NCBI GenBank assembly: GCA_012295275.1
Contig: CM022670.1
Span: forward strand, 28,396,001 to 28,460,000
Length of the DNA stretch: 64,000 nucleotides
Direction of reading: 5' to 3'
Source: Chrysomallon squamiferum
Lineage: Eukaryota > Animalia > Mollusca
Shown here: piece after piece, positions 62,509 to 64,000 of the stretch
Position numbering within the stretch: the first letter of the stretch is position 1
Layout: every line of letters begins with the position of its first letter
Notes under the pieces: generated by a model
Seen by the model: the letters and a program-made list of their open reading frames with translations, nothing else
Told to the model about the DNA's origin: nothing
Databases searched by the model: none
Program-made: the position numbers and the translations under genes

Positions 62509-64000
62509 TGTTACTGAAGTATAAGCATCTGCTTTCTTTGGCTTTTTTATTTAAATCCCATATCCAACAGACTCAGAAAGATGAATGTTATTCTCAATTC
62601 ATGACCATATTTTACATGGTCCTAATTTTACTAATCTTCTCTTTGTGATTTGTCCCCATTTACTAACCTCCTGTTTGTCACTACATAGAGAATGCAAGAC
62701 TGTTTAATCCTTGGCCATGTACTTTGTATCTGTTATAATACTTTCTTACAAAATTTGGAAATAAAATTCAAGTTACTGATCTTTTTGCAGTTTGACAGTT
62801 GACACAAAATGTATGAATACTTTATTCAATCCATAACTATGAGTTTTATACCAAGTTTAATAACACTAACATCCTTTCAGAATATCTGACAGTTGGTCTA
62901 CACGTCCTGACAAAGGACAACAAGTGTGAGCATTCTGTTCAATCTGTGACCACTGTCTGTACATCTGTCTTAGCTGTGTCCTTCCTGATGCCTTGGTTTT
63001 ACTATTTCTTTTTTCAGTTTGGAAGTCACACAAAATAATTGAGCTATTTTCTCAAACATAACCATTGTAATTATTATAATATATTTTAATCTGTAGTTTA
63101 CCAAACACATAAAATATATGAGTATTTGACTCAATCCATGATCAGTCTATTGTACAAACATTAACAGTTTAGTTACAAGTCTTTTGATTGTTTTCCAACA
63201 GACAAGAAATATTCAAATAAAACAATATGATACTATAACATGATACAGTAATATTTTTCTGAATTAAAAAAAAAAAAAAAAAACATATCTATTTAACAAG
63301 ATCCATACTGTCTATTAGTTAAACCTGTTCAGTATGCCATCAGATACAGAATACAACACCTTCTTCTTTCAGTTATCAAGAGTAGTTTTTCATATTCTTC
63401 ATATTTTACAGCTTGGCCACACACACACTATATATCAACAGCTTCCACAGTTATTAACCATGTATCAATTTAGTAATTTTCCTCTTGACAAATCTTTTCA
63501 GTTAGTCACTTCAGAGAATGTGTTGTAGTTTGCCAACAGAAAGAAAATATATCAATATTTTCCTCAGTCATGGATCATGTACCTGTTTAGTAAGATACTC
63601 CTTGACAATTTAGTTAATACGTCTTTTCACAGTTAGCCTCTTGAGAACTAGGGAGTGAACTGAAAAACCCTGTACATATTCGTAACAGGTGAAAGACATT
63701 TGTCATTTCTGCATTGTAAGGGAAAATAAATAAATAATGAAGCCACACATAACCTCCTGGACTAAAAACAGAATAAAATATATATATATGTTTATATATA
63801 TATATATATATATATATCAGTGGTTTTAAATGTCACCAAATTAATGAAACCGTATCCACTAAATGTTTGCAACTAATTAATGGAGAATAAGAGGAGCAAT
63901 TAACATGGCTATTTAATCTACACTGGTGGACTGTTACATAGGAAACACTTTTCCACTCATTGGCATGCATATTATGTTGACCAACAATGTTTTATGTCAG

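Overview
AT-rich, microsatellite-rich animal genomic DNA. The exon structure and SINE-like relics suggest an invertebrate, possibly a mollusc (inference). One minus-strand gene occupies essentially the whole window: a DLC1/STARD13/STARD8-family RhoGAP (SAM - Ser-rich linker - RhoGAP - START; Drosophila crossveinless-c type). I traced 14 phase-consistent GT-AG core exons from 25772 down to the stop at 1491 (about 1229 aa, ending ETDV). There is one break, a 1-nt deficit at about 7976-7979 inside the 1.6-kb linker exon, most likely an assembly error. Upstream are five candidate alternative N-termini, all ending in phase-1 donors that fit the first SAM exon (38.1, 40.1, 46.4 and 52.7 kb, plus a 62.5/61.5 kb two-exon unit). 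Other notable items are a coding PVVPxSPK repeat, a phased array of TTCnnnGAA (STAT-type) motifs after the stop, a recursive-splice-like site, several minisatellites and degenerate SINE fragments. I see no prokaryotic-type system, and most of the supplied short ORFs are spurious.
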